Shown one piece after another: positions 62,443 to 63,770 of a stretch of DNA of 63,770 nt; position 1 is the first letter of the stretch; the number at the start of each line of letters is the position of its first letter. The notes under the pieces are model-generated. The model worked only from the letters and a program-made list of their open reading frames with translations, was not told the origin of the DNA and searched no databases. The position numbers and the translations under genes were made by a program. The stretch is from Chiloscyllium plagiosum. Lineage: Eukaryota. Location of the stretch: NCBI RefSeq assembly GCF_004010195.1, contig NC_057717.1, forward strand, positions 103,320,522-103,384,291, written 5' to 3'.

Positions 62443-62752
62443 TGAAAATGTGTTGCTGGAAAAGCGCAGCAGGTCAGGCAGCATCCAGGGAACAGGAGAA
62501 TCGACGTTTCGGCCATAAGATGATAAAGGTGTGAGGAAGCTCATAGGGAGGCCAGCATTTATTGTCCACCCCTAATTGCCCAGTTAAGAGTCAGTCACAT
62601 TACTGTGGGTCTGGAGTCAAGTGTAGGCTAAATCAGGCTTATGCCCGAAACGTCGATTCTCCTGTTCCCTGGATGCTGCCTGACCTGCTGCGCTTTTCCA
62701 GCAACACATTTTCAGCTCTGATCTCCAGCATCTGCAGACCTCACTTTCTCCT
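62443..62752. mobile_element. PLE family A fold-back unit with 14-bp TSD and captured flanking DNA
   Basis: TSD catattaatggtgg at 62429-62442 and 62753-62766; inverted arms; loop 62546-62637 duplicates 62817-62908. Confidence 0.88.
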
Positions 62753-63254
62753 CATATTAATGGTGGAGCAGGCTCAAAGGGCTGGATTATTTTTTAACTC
62801 ATTCACAGGTTGGCTGGGGAGGCCAGCATTTATTGTCCACCCCTAATTGCCCAGTTAAGAGTCAGTCACATTACTGTGAGTCTGGAGTCACGTGTAGGCT
62901 AAATCAGGTAAGGACAGCAGCTCCCTTCCCTACAGGACATTAACATTTCATGGCCTATTCCTGCTCCTATTGTCTATGTTTCCATCTAACTAGAGCTGCT
63001 TATCCCGGTACAATATCCTGTTAACTCTGTGTGATGTCTGGTTACCTCGTATGGTAATGCCTTAGCAATCTGCTTGAACCTGGTCATGGCCTCAGTGGTA
63101 ATTGATGTCTGGATCTCAGTGTTTCTAAATGAAACTGATTTGAGTGAGCAACGATTGAAGTAACAGAGCGATAGGGAAGGGTGAGCTATTACTCTGATGG
63201 ATTAGGTATTTATTGTGAAAAGACTCTGATTCAGCAAACTGCCTTGACATTTGA

Positions 63255-63488
<234 letters not shown>

Positions 63489-63770
63489 TGACATCCTCCC
63501 TTTCTGGGACACTTTCATTACTCCGTGATTGTGACTGCTGCAGTGATGAGCTAACACAGGCACAAGGGCCCAGTGCTTATTCTCAGGATGATGGCAGCTC
63601 AGCACTGGTTTACCTCTTGCCCCTTCCCACATTGAAAATTATCAGTCATCTGGATAACCATGTACCCCACTCCCTGCACTCCCCTTACCATCACTTACCC
63701 CTCCCCTCAGACCACTCCCCCCCCCCTGCTTATATACCATTGAACCTCCACTGACCATCACCCCCACACC

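Overview
This is eukaryotic, repeat-dense genomic DNA. The HE1-type V-SINEs and HER1/CR1 LINEs point to an elasmobranch (shark or ray); the species cannot be fixed from sequence alone. The only host gene I can support is an olfactomedin/noelin gene, most similar to OLFM2, on the + strand. Two internal coding exons are present (55490-55645, 156 bp; 63258-63477, 220 bp). I did not find the preceding exon, so most or all of the first 55 kb is probably one large intron. The rest is mostly CR1-clade LINE fragments, tRNA-derived SINEs, REX1-like tails, microsatellites and two assembly gaps. The most striking signal is a set of five or six distinct families of short repeats that look derived from Penelope-like elements (PLEs). 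Each carries a minimal type-I hammerhead ribozyme motif (CTGAnGA-stem II-GAAA-palindromic stem III-UH). Three families are physically linked to GIY-YIG endonuclease remnants in this window. Many copies are 80-320 bp solo or fold-back (MITE-like) units with 8-45 bp target-site duplications and 3'-end microhomology, and two copies captured neighbouring DNA. A perfect 125-bp inverted templated duplication and several candidate non-coding regulatory islands are also noted. Repeat boundaries were set by eye and are approximate, and family names rest on recalled motifs, not database searches.
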